Positions 28,517 to 38,306 of a stretch of DNA of 64,000 nucleotides are shown piece after piece. The stretch is from Rhodoferax sp. OV413 (GTDB lineage Bacteria; Pseudomonadota; Gammaproteobacteria; Burkholderiales; Burkholderiaceae_C). The DNA is taken from NCBI GenBank assembly GCA_945861785.1, contig CAMAWD010000007.1, positions 13,730 through 77,729 of the forward strand. Direction: 5' to 3'. Position numbers and translations under genes: made by a program. The notes beneath the pieces are model-generated. The model saw only the letters and a program-made list of their open reading frames with translations, did not search any database and was not told the DNA's origin. How positions within the stretch are numbered: position 1 is the first letter of the stretch; each line of letters opens with the position of its first letter.

Positions 28517-29644
28517 TCAAATTCTGGCCCGCAACAGGCTGAGGCCTCCCAGAAACGCGAACCCTGCGCCTGCCCATGCCAGCGTCGCGAAACCGAATGC
28601 GGAGCTCGAAACACCCCCCAATGCCGCACCCAGGGCGGTGGCGACATACATCATCGACGCATTCAGGCTGAAAAGGATGGGCGCCTGCCGGGGCGCCGCT
28701 GTGGCCAGGCGCGCCTGCGTGGGAGACATCATGCCAAAACCCGCGATGCCCCAGACAAAGAAGACCGCGACCATCGGCAGGTAGTGGCCCTGCGTCAGGG
28801 GGACAAGCAGCATCATGGTCGCAAGCATTGCCAGTTGCATGCGCAAGGTGAGGATGGGGCCGAAGCGGTCACTCGCCCAGCCGCCGGTGAGAGTGCCTGT
28901 CGCCCCCGCCAAGCCGAACACCATCAGTGTCAGAGAAAGGGTTTCTGCTGACATGGGGTTGAGCGCCTGCAGCACCGGCCCGATGTAAGAAAAAACCGTG
29001 AAGATCGCGCAAAAATAGGCCAATGTCAGGGCCAGTGTGCGGAACACATCGCCTTGCCGAAGCAGCGCCCCCAGTCCGCGAAAGCTCGCCACCTGCGTCC
29101 GGATGTTCGCCGGGACCCAGGCGCCGACCAGCGCGATCATCAGCGTACAGATTGCGGCCAGACCGAGCACCGGAACCCGCCAGCCAAAACGCAGGCCGAG
29201 CCAAGCCCCAAGTGGCAGGCCCACGACGTAACTCAAACTCATGCCCAGAAAGTTCAGGGACAAGGCCTTGCCCTGGCGCTCCGGCGCGACCATGGCCACC
29301 GCAAGGCTGGCCGAGATCGGCGTGAACACAGCGCCAGCCCCCATCAGCACCCGGCCCGCCAACAGCGACGTCAGATTCCCGGAGAGTCCGCAGACCAACA
29401 TGCCACCGGCAAACAGCAACAGCGCGGCCTGCAGCGCCCTCTTGCGGGACCACCTGGCCGTGGCCACCAAAAGCATGGGTGCCAGCACGGCCGCGGCGAT
29501 GGCATAAACAGTCATGGTCTGCCCCACGGCAGCGACGCTGGTGCCCAGCGAAGTGGCGACCGGCTGCAGCACGCCGGTCAGCAGGAACGCGCTGGTGCCG
29601 ATGACCAGGTTGCAGGCCGCCAGAAGGTACAGCAGTGCAGGCAC
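28517..29644 (-). CDS. MFS transporter (DHA1/PbuE-NepI-like)
   Basis: About 12 TM segments; GRVLMG, GLPLGAWLG..FGWR and GGWASDRFG motifs. Confidence 0.9.
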   Translation of the reverse strand: MPALLYLLAACNLVIGTSAFLLTGVLQPVATSLGTSVAAVGQTMTVYAIAAAVLAPMLLVATARWSRKRALQAALLLFAGGMLVCGLSGNLTSLLAGRVLMGAGAVFTPISASLAVAMVAPERQGKALSLNFLGMSLSYVVGLPLGAWLGLRFGWRVPVLGLAAICTLMIALVGAWVPANIRTQVASFRGLGALLRQGDVFRTLALTLAYFCAIFTVFSYIGPVLQALNPMSAETLSLTLMVFGLAGATGTLTGGWASDRFGPILTLRMQLAMLATMMLLVPLTQGHYLPMVAVFFVWGIAGFGMMSPTQARLATAAPRQAPILFSLNASMMYVATALGAALGGVSSSAFGFATLAWAGAGFAFLGGLSLLRARI

Positions 29645-29648
29645 CGGC

Positions 29649-30392
29649 TCAATGGCCGAGGATCTTCGACAGGAAGTCCTTGCTGCGTTCGTTCTGCGGG
29701 TTGCTGAAAAAGTCGTGCGGGTTGTTCTGCTCGACGATCTGCCCCTGGTCCATGAAGATCACGCGGTCGGCCACGGCCTTGGCAAAACCCATTTCGTGGG
29801 TGACGCACAACATGGTGATGCCCTGGCTGGCCATTTCGACCATCACGTCGAGAACCTCCTTGATCATCTCCGGGTCGAGGGCCGAGGTGGGCTCGTCGAA
29901 CAGCATGATCTTGGGCGTGAGGCACAAGGCGCGCGCAATCGCCACGCGTTGCTGCTGCCCGCCGGAGAGTTGCAGCGGGTACTTGCCGGCCTGCTCGGCG
30001 ATACGCACGCGCTTGAGCTGGGCCATGGCCTTTTCTTCGGCCTCTTTCTTGGGCATCTTGCCGACCCACATCGGCGACAGCGTCAGGTTTTCCAGCACGG
30101 TCAGGTGCGGGAAGAGATTGAACTGCTGGAACACCATGCCGACCTTCTTGCGCGTCTCGTCGATGGCCTTGACGTCGTCGGTGAGTTCGATGCCGTCCAC
30201 ATACAGATGGCCCTGCTGGTGCTCTTCGAGCCGGTTGATGCAGCGGATCAGTGTCGACTTGCCGGAGCCCGAGGGGCCGCAGATGACGATGCGTTCACCG
30301 GGTGCGACGTTCAGGTCGATATCGCGCAGCACGTGGAAGTTGTTGCCATACCACTTGTTGAGCTTGTCGAATTTGATGATGGGTTCAGCCAT
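29649..30392 (-). CDS. aapP: General L-amino acid ABC ATP-binding protein
   Basis: [28 protein letters not shown]. Confidence 0.93.
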   Translation of the reverse strand: MAEPIIKFDKLNKWYGNNFHVLRDIDLNVAPGERIVICGPSGSGKSTLIRCINRLEEHQQGHLYVDGIELTDDVKAIDETRKKVGMVFQQFNLFPHLTVLENLTLSPMWVGKMPKKEAEEKAMAQLKRVRIAEQAGKYPLQLSGGQQQRVAIARALCLTPKIMLFDEPTSALDPEMIKEVLDVMVEMASQGITMLCVTHEMGFAKAVADRVIFMDQGQIVEQNNPHDFFSNPQNERSKDFLSKILGH

Positions 30393-30445
30393 GGTGGGTC
30401 GGTTGGAAAGTGTATTCGGTGAGAAACCTGCGAAGACGTTGCCGT

Positions 30446-31549
30446 TCAGCGGGCTTTGCCCTTGTTGACCTGTTTTTCAACCCAGATGCTGTAGCGCGAC
30501 ATGGAAAAACAGAATGCGAAATAGATCATGGTGATGAACAGGTACCCCTCGATCTTGAAGGGCCGCCAGTTGGCGTCGGAGTTCAGCGCCAGCGACAACG
30601 CGCCGGTGAGTTCGTACAGGCTGACAATGGTGACGAGCGATGTGTCCTTGAACAACCCGATGAAGTTGTTCATGATGCTGGGAACCACCATCGCCAGCGC
30701 CTGCGGCAGGACGATCTTGCGCTGCGTCTGCCAGTACGACAGGCCCAGCGTGGCGGCGGCTTCGAGTTGCCCCTTCGGTATGGCCTGCAGGCCGCCACGG
30801 ATCACCTCGGCCATGTAGGCTGCCGCAAACAGGGTGATGCCGACCAGCACGCGGATCAGCACGTCGATGGAGAAACCCTGCGGCATGAACAGTGGGAACA
30901 TGAACGACGCCATGAACAGCACCGACACCAGCGGCACGCCGCGGATCAGCTCTACATAGATGGTGCAGACCGTGCGGATTGCCGGCAGGTCGGAGCGACG
31001 CCCGAGCGCCACCACCATGGCGATCGGGAAAGCCAGCGTCAGGGACAACGATGCCAGCAGAATGGTCAACGGCAACCCGCCCCAGCGATCGGTCTCGACC
31101 TTGGACAGGCCCATCACGTTGCCATACATCAACATGAAGAACGCGCTCAGGATCACGGCCCAGACCAGCACCAGCCAGGAGCGCCAGAAGGCACGGGTGC
31201 AGCTGGCCACCAGCAGGCCCAGCATCAGGGCGGTGGCGATAAACGGGCGCCATTGCTCTTCGTACGGATAGCGGCCGAACAGGATGAAGCGGTACTTCTC
31301 CGCCACCACGCCCCAGCATGCCCCGACACCTTCGACCCGGCAGGCTTCGAAGTTGGGTCGCCAGGATGCACGGAACACCGCCCAGTCCAGAAGCTGCGGA
31401 AGGAAGTAGATCAGCGCACCTCCCACCACGACCGTCATTAGGCCGGTGATCCAGTCGCTGAAAAGGTTGGTGCGAATCCAGGCGACCGGGCCTTCGGTCT
31501 TGACTGGGGCCGGTCGCGCATCGATCGGTTGAAAGGTATATGCAGTCAT
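30446..31549 (-). CDS. aapM: General L-amino acid ABC permease
   Basis: [29 protein letters not shown]. Confidence 0.92.
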   Translation of the reverse strand: MTAYTFQPIDARPAPVKTEGPVAWIRTNLFSDWITGLMTVVVGGALIYFLPQLLDWAVFRASWRPNFEACRVEGVGACWGVVAEKYRFILFGRYPYEEQWRPFIATALMLGLLVASCTRAFWRSWLVLVWAVILSAFFMLMYGNVMGLSKVETDRWGGLPLTILLASLSLTLAFPIAMVVALGRRSDLPAIRTVCTIYVELIRGVPLVSVLFMASFMFPLFMPQGFSIDVLIRVLVGITLFAAAYMAEVIRGGLQAIPKGQLEAAATLGLSYWQTQRKIVLPQALAMVVPSIMNNFIGLFKDTSLVTIVSLYELTGALSLALNSDANWRPFKIEGYLFITMIYFAFCFSMSRYSIWVEKQVNKGKAR

Positions 31550-31565
31550 GGTGGCGGCCGTTGTT

Positions 31566-32741
31566 TCAGCGCTCCTTGATCGCCGATCGGGCGTTGTACC
31601 AGTTCATCAGCAGCGATGTCGTCAGCGATGTCGTCAGGTAGACCAGCATGACGATTGCGATACATTCCACCGCGCGCCCGGTCTGGTTGAGTGCGGTGTT
31701 GGCTATCGACACCACGTCCGGGTAACCGATGGCCACCGCCAGTGAGGAGTTCTTGGTCAGGTTCAGGAACTGGTTGGTCATCGGCGGGATGATCACGCGC
31801 AGCGCCTGCGGCAGCTCCACCAACTGCATCGACTGTCCCTGGTTCAGGCCCAGCGCCGCGGCGGCTTCACCCTGCCCGCGCGCCACCGACTGGATGCCCG
31901 AGCGCACCACCTCGGCCACGAACGCCGCCGTGTAGATGGTCAGCCCGAGCAGCAAGGACAGAAACTCCGGCGTCAGTGAACCGCCGTTTTCGATCGCGAA
32001 CTCGCCCTTGATCGGGGAATTGAATTCCCCTGGCGCACCGCCGGCCGCCCAACCGAGCACTCCCGTCACCAGGAACAGCGCCAGCGGCACCCAGAACATG
32101 CTGCGCAGCTCTCCGGTCGCCTCGAACTTCCGGAACGCCCAGCTGCGGTAGACGAAGGCGAGGGCGACACCGGCCAGCAGGCCGATCGTCCCCCACAGAT
32201 GGCCGCTCTCCCAGACCGGGATCGGAAAACTCAGGCCGCCCTTGCTCAGGAACATCGGGCCCAGTGTCCAGGCTTCCGACGTGGCCGGCAATACCTCGGT
32301 AAAAAACAGGTACCACATCAGCAACTGCAGCAGCACCGGCACATTGCGAAAGAGCTCGACGTAGGCGTAACACAGGCCGCGTACCAGCGCATTGCGCGAA
32401 AACCGGCCCACACCGAGCAGCGTGCCCAGCATGGTGGTCAGGATGATGCCGATGACTGCCACCCGCAGCGTGTTGGTCAGGCCGATCAGGAACGCCTGCC
32501 AATATGGGTGGCTGGAGTCGAACGTGTACAGGCTCTCACCGATGTCGAAGCCGGATGGACTGGTCAGGAAGTCGAAGCCGCTCTGGATACCACGCACTTT
32601 CATGTTCAGCATGGTGTTGCTGGCCAACCACCAGACGGCCAGCGCCACCGCCGCAATCGCGATGATCTGGTAGATGAGTCCTCGGAAGGCCTGACTGCGC
32701 CAGGACCAGTTCTTCTTCTTGGGCGGGGATTGCTGGTTCAT
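31566..32741 (-). CDS. aapQ: General L-amino acid ABC permease
   Basis: GFDIGES, GLTNTLRV, FRNVPVLLQL, NLTKNSSLA. Confidence 0.92.
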   Translation of the reverse strand: MNQQSPPKKKNWSWRSQAFRGLIYQIIAIAAVALAVWWLASNTMLNMKVRGIQSGFDFLTSPSGFDIGESLYTFDSSHPYWQAFLIGLTNTLRVAVIGIILTTMLGTLLGVGRFSRNALVRGLCYAYVELFRNVPVLLQLLMWYLFFTEVLPATSEAWTLGPMFLSKGGLSFPIPVWESGHLWGTIGLLAGVALAFVYRSWAFRKFEATGELRSMFWVPLALFLVTGVLGWAAGGAPGEFNSPIKGEFAIENGGSLTPEFLSLLLGLTIYTAAFVAEVVRSGIQSVARGQGEAAAALGLNQGQSMQLVELPQALRVIIPPMTNQFLNLTKNSSLAVAIGYPDVVSIANTALNQTGRAVECIAIVMLVYLTTSLTTSLLMNWYNARSAIKER

Positions 32742-32780
32742 GGAGCGTAGTCGCGATGGTGGCCGGCTACGACCTGGGCG

Positions 32781-32826
32781 AAAAGAAAAGCCGCTGCCGG
32801 CGCACGCGAGGTGTTCCGGCAACCGC
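32781..32826 (-). terminator. Rho-independent terminator-like hairpin between aapJ and aapQ
   Basis: Minus strand: GCGGTTGCCGG...CCGGCAGCGGC followed by TTTTCTTTT. Confidence 0.7.
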
Positions 32827-32847
32827 TCATTTCACTGTCGCTCGCGC

Positions 32848-33885
32848 CTAGCGAATTGGATAGGCGTACATCAGGCCGCCCTTGTTCCACAGGTTATTGA
32901 CACCACGTGGCAGGTTGACCGGCGACTTGGATCCGACATTTCGCTCGAAGCTTTCGCCGTAGTTGCCAACCGCCTTGACGGCGCGCCCCAGCCAGTCCTT
33001 GTCCAGGCCCAGCAACTTGCCGGTGTCTTCGTTGCCGCCACCGAGCATGCGCTGCACCACCGGGTCGGTGCTAGTGGCCTTCATCTGGTCGACGTTGGCC
33101 TGCGTGACACCGTATTCCTCGGCCTCCAGCATGCCATACATCACCCATTTGACCATCGCGTACCACTCGTCGTCGCCGCGACGCACCATCGGGCCCAGTG
33201 GTTCCTTGGAGATCAGGTCTGGCAGGATCACGTGTTCATTGGGCTTGGGCGCCTCCTTGGACCGGATCGACGCCAGGCCCGATGCGTCCGTGGTGTAGGC
33301 GATGCAACGTCCGGAGAAGTAGGCGGCGTTGGTGGCCTCGAGCTTTTCGAACACCACCGGCTTGATGTTCAGGTTGTTGGCCTTGGAGAAGTCCGCGAGA
33401 TTCTTCTCGGTGGTGGTGCCGGACTGCACACACACGGTCTGCCCCTTGAGTTGCTTGGCGCTCTTGATCTTGCTCTTGACCGTCACCATGAAGCCCTGGC
33501 CGTCGTAGTAGTTGACCACGGTGGCGCTCAGGCCCAGGGAGGCGTCGCGCGTCAGCGTGAAGGTGGTATTGCGCGGCAACACATCGACTTCACCCGACTG
33601 CAGTGCCGTGAAGCGCTGCGGCGCCGACAGGGGAACGTATTTCACCTTTTCCGGGTCGCTCAGGAGAGTCGCGGCAAGCGCGCGGCAGACATCGACGTCC
33701 AGGCCGGACCACTTGCCGCTCGAGTCGGCCTGGGAAAAACCGGCCAGACCGGTGCTGACACCGCAAACGATCGAGCCACGGGCCTTGATGGCGTCCACCG
33801 TTTTGCCCGCATGGGCCGGGGCTGCGAGTAGTGCACTGGCGGTGGCGACGGCCGCAGCCGCAAGTTGTACTTTGGAAAATTTCAC
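32848..33885 (-). CDS. aapJ: General L-amino acid ABC substrate-binding protein
   Basis: GLDVDVCRA, RFTALQSGEVD, ISKEPLGP, GNYGESFERN, GGLMYAYPIR. GTG 33885 (GGAG 7 nt upstream) preferred over ATG 33897. Confidence 0.93.
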   Translation of the reverse strand: MKFSKVQLAAAAVATASALLAAPAHAGKTVDAIKARGSIVCGVSTGLAGFSQADSSGKWSGLDVDVCRALAATLLSDPEKVKYVPLSAPQRFTALQSGEVDVLPRNTTFTLTRDASLGLSATVVNYYDGQGFMVTVKSKIKSAKQLKGQTVCVQSGTTTEKNLADFSKANNLNIKPVVFEKLEATNAAYFSGRCIAYTTDASGLASIRSKEAPKPNEHVILPDLISKEPLGPMVRRGDDEWYAMVKWVMYGMLEAEEYGVTQANVDQMKATSTDPVVQRMLGGGNEDTGKLLGLDKDWLGRAVKAVGNYGESFERNVGSKSPVNLPRGVNNLWNKGGLMYAYPIR

Positions 33886-34111
33886 TGAGAGCTCCATTTG
33901 AAAAAAAAAACAAGAACCCAAAAAACCGGATGCAACGAAATGTTTCAACGTTTCTTCACATTTTGTTTGAGTTTGTCCATTGGGAACTGTAGCGACTTCG
34001 TCTGCGGACGGCATCGGGGTTTACTCGGACACGATATGCGAAATTTGCATGAGTTAATCTGGCCCATGACGGTGCGAGTTCGAACCATCGATGCATGCTT
34101 CATGCCAAACC

Positions 34112-34150
34112 CCCGCCTTGGTTTGACGGCACATTTCCGTCAAGGGCGGG
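34112..34150. promoter_or_regulatory. Long inverted repeat in the aapJ / acyl-CoA ligase divergent region
   Basis: TTGACGG-N7-CCGTCAA (34123-34143) with outer CCCGCC / GGCGGG arms. Confidence 0.5.
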
Positions 34151-34295
34151 ACAGTTTTGGCCGGCCGGGGCGCAAGGAAGCCCGAAACCGACTCGTCCCG
34201 CACGTGACAAGCCGCACCGTTGTGGTGCAGCAGCGCCCCGTATGCTGGCGCTGCAAAATACGCAACGGACGCAATCCGTTCATGGAGACAACCCG

Positions 34296-36026
34296 ATGGA
34301 CCCCTTGGTTTCCCCTTCCGCAGCCCCCGCTTCGGCGACACCACGGCACTACAAGTTCTGGCCCAAACGGGCACCACGCAGCATCACGCCGCCGGCCACC
34401 TCGCTGTGGCACAACCTGGCCATCAGCGCCTTGCGTTATCCCGACAAGGTGGCCACGGTTTTTTTTGGTTCCACCATCACCTATGCGCAGTTGATGCAGC
34501 AGGCAGAGAGGCTGGCGGCGTGCCTGCACGGGTTGGGTGTGCGCGCCGGTGACAGGGTGGTACTGAGCATGCAGAATTGCCCGCAACTCGTGGTGGCGCA
34601 CTGGGCCATCCTGCGCGCCAACGCGGTGGTGGTTCCAGTGAACCCGATGAACCGCGCCGAGGAACTCAAGCACTACATCACCGACCCGGATGCCTGCGTC
34701 GCCATCACCACGGCCGACCTCGCCGGCGAGATGGCACAGGCCAGCAATGCGCTGGAGGCCAAAGACCGCCTGGCGCACCTGGTCGTGACGCATTTTACCG
34801 ATGCGTTTGATCCGGCGGTATCTGCGCCCAATGCCCCGCCGGCAGCATGGATGCCGTGGCTGACCACACCGCATGATCTTCCGGAACTGCTGGGCGGGCA
34901 GGTGTTGCGCTGGACGGACGCGTTGGCGAATACCGGCGCTGCACCGGTGCACACAGCCAACCCGGACGACCTTGCCGTGTTGCCGTACACGAGCGGAACC
35001 ACCGGGCTGCCCAAGGGTTGCATGCACCCGCATGCGACCCTCATGCACCAGGTGGTGGCTGCCGGCATTCTCGGTGGCGGTTCGGCCGAGACGGTGGCAC
35101 TGGCGGTGGTGCCGATGTTCCACGCCACCGGCATGATCAGCGTGATGCACAGCTGCGTCTACCAGGGCGCGACGATGGTCATGATGCCGCGCTGGGACCG
35201 CGACCTCGCAGGCAGGCTGATCTCCACCTGGCGTGTCACCCACTGGGCCAACATCCCCACGATGGTGATCGACCTGCTGGCCAGCCCCAATTTCGCCCAG
35301 TACGACCTGTCCTCGCTGGTGTCCATTGGCGGCGGCGGTGCGGCCATGCCGCAGGCGGTGGCGCAGCGCTTGTTCGAGCACTACGGGTTGCGTTACGCCG
35401 AGGGTTACGGACTGACCGAAACCGCCGCGCCTTCGCATTTCAACCCGTCCGACGCGACCAAGCAGCAGTGCCTGGGCATCCCCTTCATGGGCACAGAAGC
35501 CCGGGTGGTCGACCCGGACACGCTGCAGGAGATGGCGCAGGGTGAGCAGGGCGAGATTATCATGTGCGGCCCACAGAATTTCCGCGGCTACTGGAAACGG
35601 CCGGACGCGACCGAGGCGGCCTTTGTCGTGCTGGATGGCAAACGCTTCTTCCGCTCCGGTGACCTGGGCCGGGTGGACGAGGACGGTTACTACTTTCTCA
35701 CCGACCGCCTCAAGCGCATGATCAATGCGTCCGGATTCAAGGTCTGGCCGGCCGAGGTGGAGGCGCTGATGTACCGCCACCCGGCGATCCAGGAGGCCTG
35801 CATCATCTCGGCACGCGACGCCTACCGCGGCGAGACCGTCAAGGCGGTGGTGGTGTTGCGTCCGGGCCATCGCGGGCAGGTCAGTGAACAGGACATCGTC
35901 GCCTGGTGCCACGAGCACATGGCCGTCTACAAGGCCCCGCGCATTGTGGAGTTTGTGGACGCCCTGCCCAAGAGCGGCAGCGGCAAGGTGATGTGGCGCT
36001 TGCTGCAGGAGGCGCAATCGACCTGA
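34296..36026 (+). CDS. Long-chain fatty-acid--CoA ligase (ANL/AMP-binding)
   Basis: YTSGTTGLPKG, EGYGLTET, RSGDLG, KSGSGKV. Confidence 0.95.
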   Translation: MDPLVSPSAAPASATPRHYKFWPKRAPRSITPPATSLWHNLAISALRYPDKVATVFFGSTITYAQLMQQAERLAACLHGLGVRAGDRVVLSMQNCPQLVVAHWAILRANAVVVPVNPMNRAEELKHYITDPDACVAITTADLAGEMAQASNALEAKDRLAHLVVTHFTDAFDPAVSAPNAPPAAWMPWLTTPHDLPELLGGQVLRWTDALANTGAAPVHTANPDDLAVLPYTSGTTGLPKGCMHPHATLMHQVVAAGILGGGSAETVALAVVPMFHATGMISVMHSCVYQGATMVMMPRWDRDLAGRLISTWRVTHWANIPTMVIDLLASPNFAQYDLSSLVSIGGGGAAMPQAVAQRLFEHYGLRYAEGYGLTETAAPSHFNPSDATKQQCLGIPFMGTEARVVDPDTLQEMAQGEQGEIIMCGPQNFRGYWKRPDATEAAFVVLDGKRFFRSGDLGRVDEDGYYFLTDRLKRMINASGFKVWPAEVEALMYRHPAIQEACIISARDAYRGETVKAVVVLRPGHRGQVSEQDIVAWCHEHMAVYKAPRIVEFVDALPKSGSGKVMWRLLQEAQST

Positions 36027-36044
36027 TGCGCGGTTGCGTTGCGC

Positions 36045-36593
36045 TCAGACGTATCCGACCACCGGCCGCCGGTGGCGCATGTGCAGGGACATGCCCAAGG
36101 CCGCCATGTGGTTGGAGTTGCGCCCCAGGATGTGTTGTGCCAGGGGCAGGAACTCAGCCTCTTCGAAGGCGGCATGGGCCCGGTATTCGCCAACGAGCTG
36201 CTGCAGGGCGACCAGGTCCAGCGGCGTTTCATGCCCTTTTGCAATCTGTTTGAGTTGCGGCTTGATGCGTGCCCACCAGGCCTCGATCTGTCGGTGCTCG
36301 GTGGTCAGCCGTTCGGCCATGATGGTCACCCGCGTGTGCTCTTCGCCGTGGGTCGCGCTCGCCAGCACCGCAGGAAACAGCTCCTGCTCCTCCTGTGCAT
36401 GGTGCTCGGCGATCACCGCATCGAAAAAGGCGAGGGTGTCGGCGGCGATCGTGCGTGCGCGTTTTGCCGGCTCCAGCAGTGCGGGCAGCTCACCCAGCCG
36501 GTCGAGGTGCGCCACGATGCCCACATGGCAATCCGAGAAGTTGGCAATCGGCGCATCCGGGTCGGGTGCCGGAGTCGGGTTGGGAGTGTTCAT
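36045..36593 (-). CDS. Hemerythrin (HHE) domain protein
   Basis: CH..., HHAQEE.ELFP, EHRQIE, HAAFEE.EFLP ligand pattern. Confidence 0.88.
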   Translation of the reverse strand: MNTPNPTPAPDPDAPIANFSDCHVGIVAHLDRLGELPALLEPAKRARTIAADTLAFFDAVIAEHHAQEEQELFPAVLASATHGEEHTRVTIMAERLTTEHRQIEAWWARIKPQLKQIAKGHETPLDLVALQQLVGEYRAHAAFEEAEFLPLAQHILGRNSNHMAALGMSLHMRHRRPVVGYV

Positions 36594-36661
36594 GGGGGAT
36601 TCCTGTTGCGGGTACGAGGTCGATCACCGGAGCATTCTGGGCGGCACCCTGCGGAGGCAGT

Positions 36662-36675
36662 TTGATACCGGTCAA
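36662..36675 (-). promoter_or_regulatory. FNR/DNR box upstream of the hemerythrin gene
   Basis: TTGAT-ACCG-GTCAA (9/10 to TTGAT-N4-ATCAA); CAGAAT -10-like hexamer at 36639-36634, consistent with class II spacing. Confidence 0.75.
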
Positions 36676-37442
36676 TTGCGCTCCAGATCTGGTGTGGGTG
36701 CCGGCACGGTCGTTCCCGCCGGATCGGGGGCGCGTCGGGCAAGCTGCTGCCCGTAACTCGCGTCGATCTCGTTGAACAACGGGTCATCGATGTCGCCATG
36801 AACCGGGTGGTAGGGCCCGGTGCCGCTGTGCGTGGCGTCCGACGCTGGCACGAAAGCGCCGCTCTGCACATCGAACACATGCACCTCGCCGTCCTCGATC
36901 ACGTAGTGCCAGCCGTGCAGCGCAAGTTGGCCGGCTTCAACCTGCTGTCGCACCATGGGGTATTCCATCAGGCGCTCCAGTTGCAGCACCACGGCGCGTT
37001 GTTCGGTGCGGCGCAGCGCTTCTGGCGAGACTTGTACCGGCAGCACAGCCTCGCGCCCCAGTTCCAGCCAAGCGGCCAGGTTTCTGGCCAGGGGATGTAT
37101 TTCCTCGTACAAGGCGCGGATGCCTCCGCAATGGCTGTGGCCGCAGACCACGATGCGCGAAACCTTCAGGCTGAGCACCGCGAATTCGATCGCCGCCGAT
37201 GTGCCGTGGTACCCGGCCGAACCATCGTAGGGCGGCACGAACGCGCCCACGTTGCGCACCAGGAACAAGTCGCCAGGGCCGGTGCCGGTCAGCAGGTAAG
37301 GGACCAGGCGCGAGTCCGAACAGCCGATGAACAGGATCGTCGGGTGCTGCCCGTCGCGCACCAGATTCTGGAACTGCTCTTGCACTCCGGGGAAGGTGTG
37401 GCTGTGAAAGCGGCGCAGGCGTTGCAGCAGTTCATCGGGCAC
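36672..37442 (-). CDS. Beta-class carbonic anhydrase
   Basis: CSDSR and HSHCGG zinc motifs, RNVGAFVPPY, HGWHY. Confidence 0.93.
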   Translation of the reverse strand: MPDELLQRLRRFHSHTFPGVQEQFQNLVRDGQHPTILFIGCSDSRLVPYLLTGTGPGDLFLVRNVGAFVPPYDGSAGYHGTSAAIEFAVLSLKVSRIVVCGHSHCGGIRALYEEIHPLARNLAAWLELGREAVLPVQVSPEALRRTEQRAVVLQLERLMEYPMVRQQVEAGQLALHGWHYVIEDGEVHVFDVQSGAFVPASDATHSGTGPYHPVHGDIDDPLFNEIDASYGQQLARRAPDPAGTTVPAPTPDLERN

Positions 37443-37471
37443 GGTGGGCGTCCAGTGCGGCCGGCACAGGC

Positions 37472-38287
37472 CTATTGAACCAGCGGCGTGTCTGCGGCTT
37501 CGAGGTCCACGCCTTCGACCAGCGCTGAGCCGGCCAGGATCCGCAGGTATTGCTGCAGCGCGCTGACAAAGGCCTTTTGTTGCAGCGACATGGTCACCGC
37601 GCCGCGCACCGCCTCGAACGCCTGCTGAATGCCGGGTTCGCGCGCCAGTACTTCCACCACGTGCAGGCCGAAGCGGCTGTGCACCAGGCGCGGCAACACG
37701 CCCACTTCGGCCTGGCCGAAAAGCGCGCGGGCGAACTCGGGCGCGCAGTCGCCGGGCACCAGCCAGCCGAGTTCGCCATCTTGCTCGGCACTCGGGCAGT
37801 TGGACAACTCGCGGGCGGCGCGGGCAAAGTTGTCTGCGCCGTTACCGTCATGGCAGCGTACGTCGAGCAGGCAGGTCTCGGCACGGTTGCGCAGGGCAAC
37901 CACGTCCGTGCCGGGGGTCACGGCAAACAGGATGTGCCGCGCATGGACCCGTTCGCCTGTCTGGTACTGGACCAGGTGGGCTTGGTAGTGGCGCCGGCAG
38001 GCATCGGTGGACGGCTCGGGCATGCTGAGTTGGCGCTCCAGCAAGGCGTCGATCGCCGCGCTGGCGGCTTCGCTGACGATGCCGTCGGCACTGGTGGAAT
38101 CGTTGGCATCCAGCAGCCCGGCGGCCTGCGCGGCCTGGCGCAGCAGCTCGGTGCAGGCGCGCTGGCGCAGGGCCTGGGTGGCGATGGTTTCCGCGGGCCC
38201 ATGCAGTGGCACCCGGTTGATGCGGGCGACCGGTGGTGCGGTCGGGGCGGCCGTGCCGGCGGCGGCAAAGATGTCGTGAACTTGCAT
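37472..38287 (-). CDS. PpiC/parvulin-type peptidyl-prolyl isomerase (nar-associated)
   Basis: ARHILF, FARAARELSNCPS..GELG, SRFGLHVV; GGAGG RBS. Confidence 0.9.
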   Translation of the reverse strand: MQVHDIFAAAGTAAPTAPPVARINRVPLHGPAETIATQALRQRACTELLRQAAQAAGLLDANDSTSADGIVSEAASAAIDALLERQLSMPEPSTDACRRHYQAHLVQYQTGERVHARHILFAVTPGTDVVALRNRAETCLLDVRCHDGNGADNFARAARELSNCPSAEQDGELGWLVPGDCAPEFARALFGQAEVGVLPRLVHSRFGLHVVEVLAREPGIQQAFEAVRGAVTMSLQQKAFVSALQQYLRILAGSALVEGVDLEAADTPLVQ

Positions 38288-38306
38288 GGGTGTGCCTCCG
38301 TGGTGG

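Noticed and set aside
33901-33910. A10 homopolymer as a phase-variation switch
   Set aside because: Lies in an untranslated leader of a housekeeping transporter, upstream of the preferred GTG start; no evidence of length variation.
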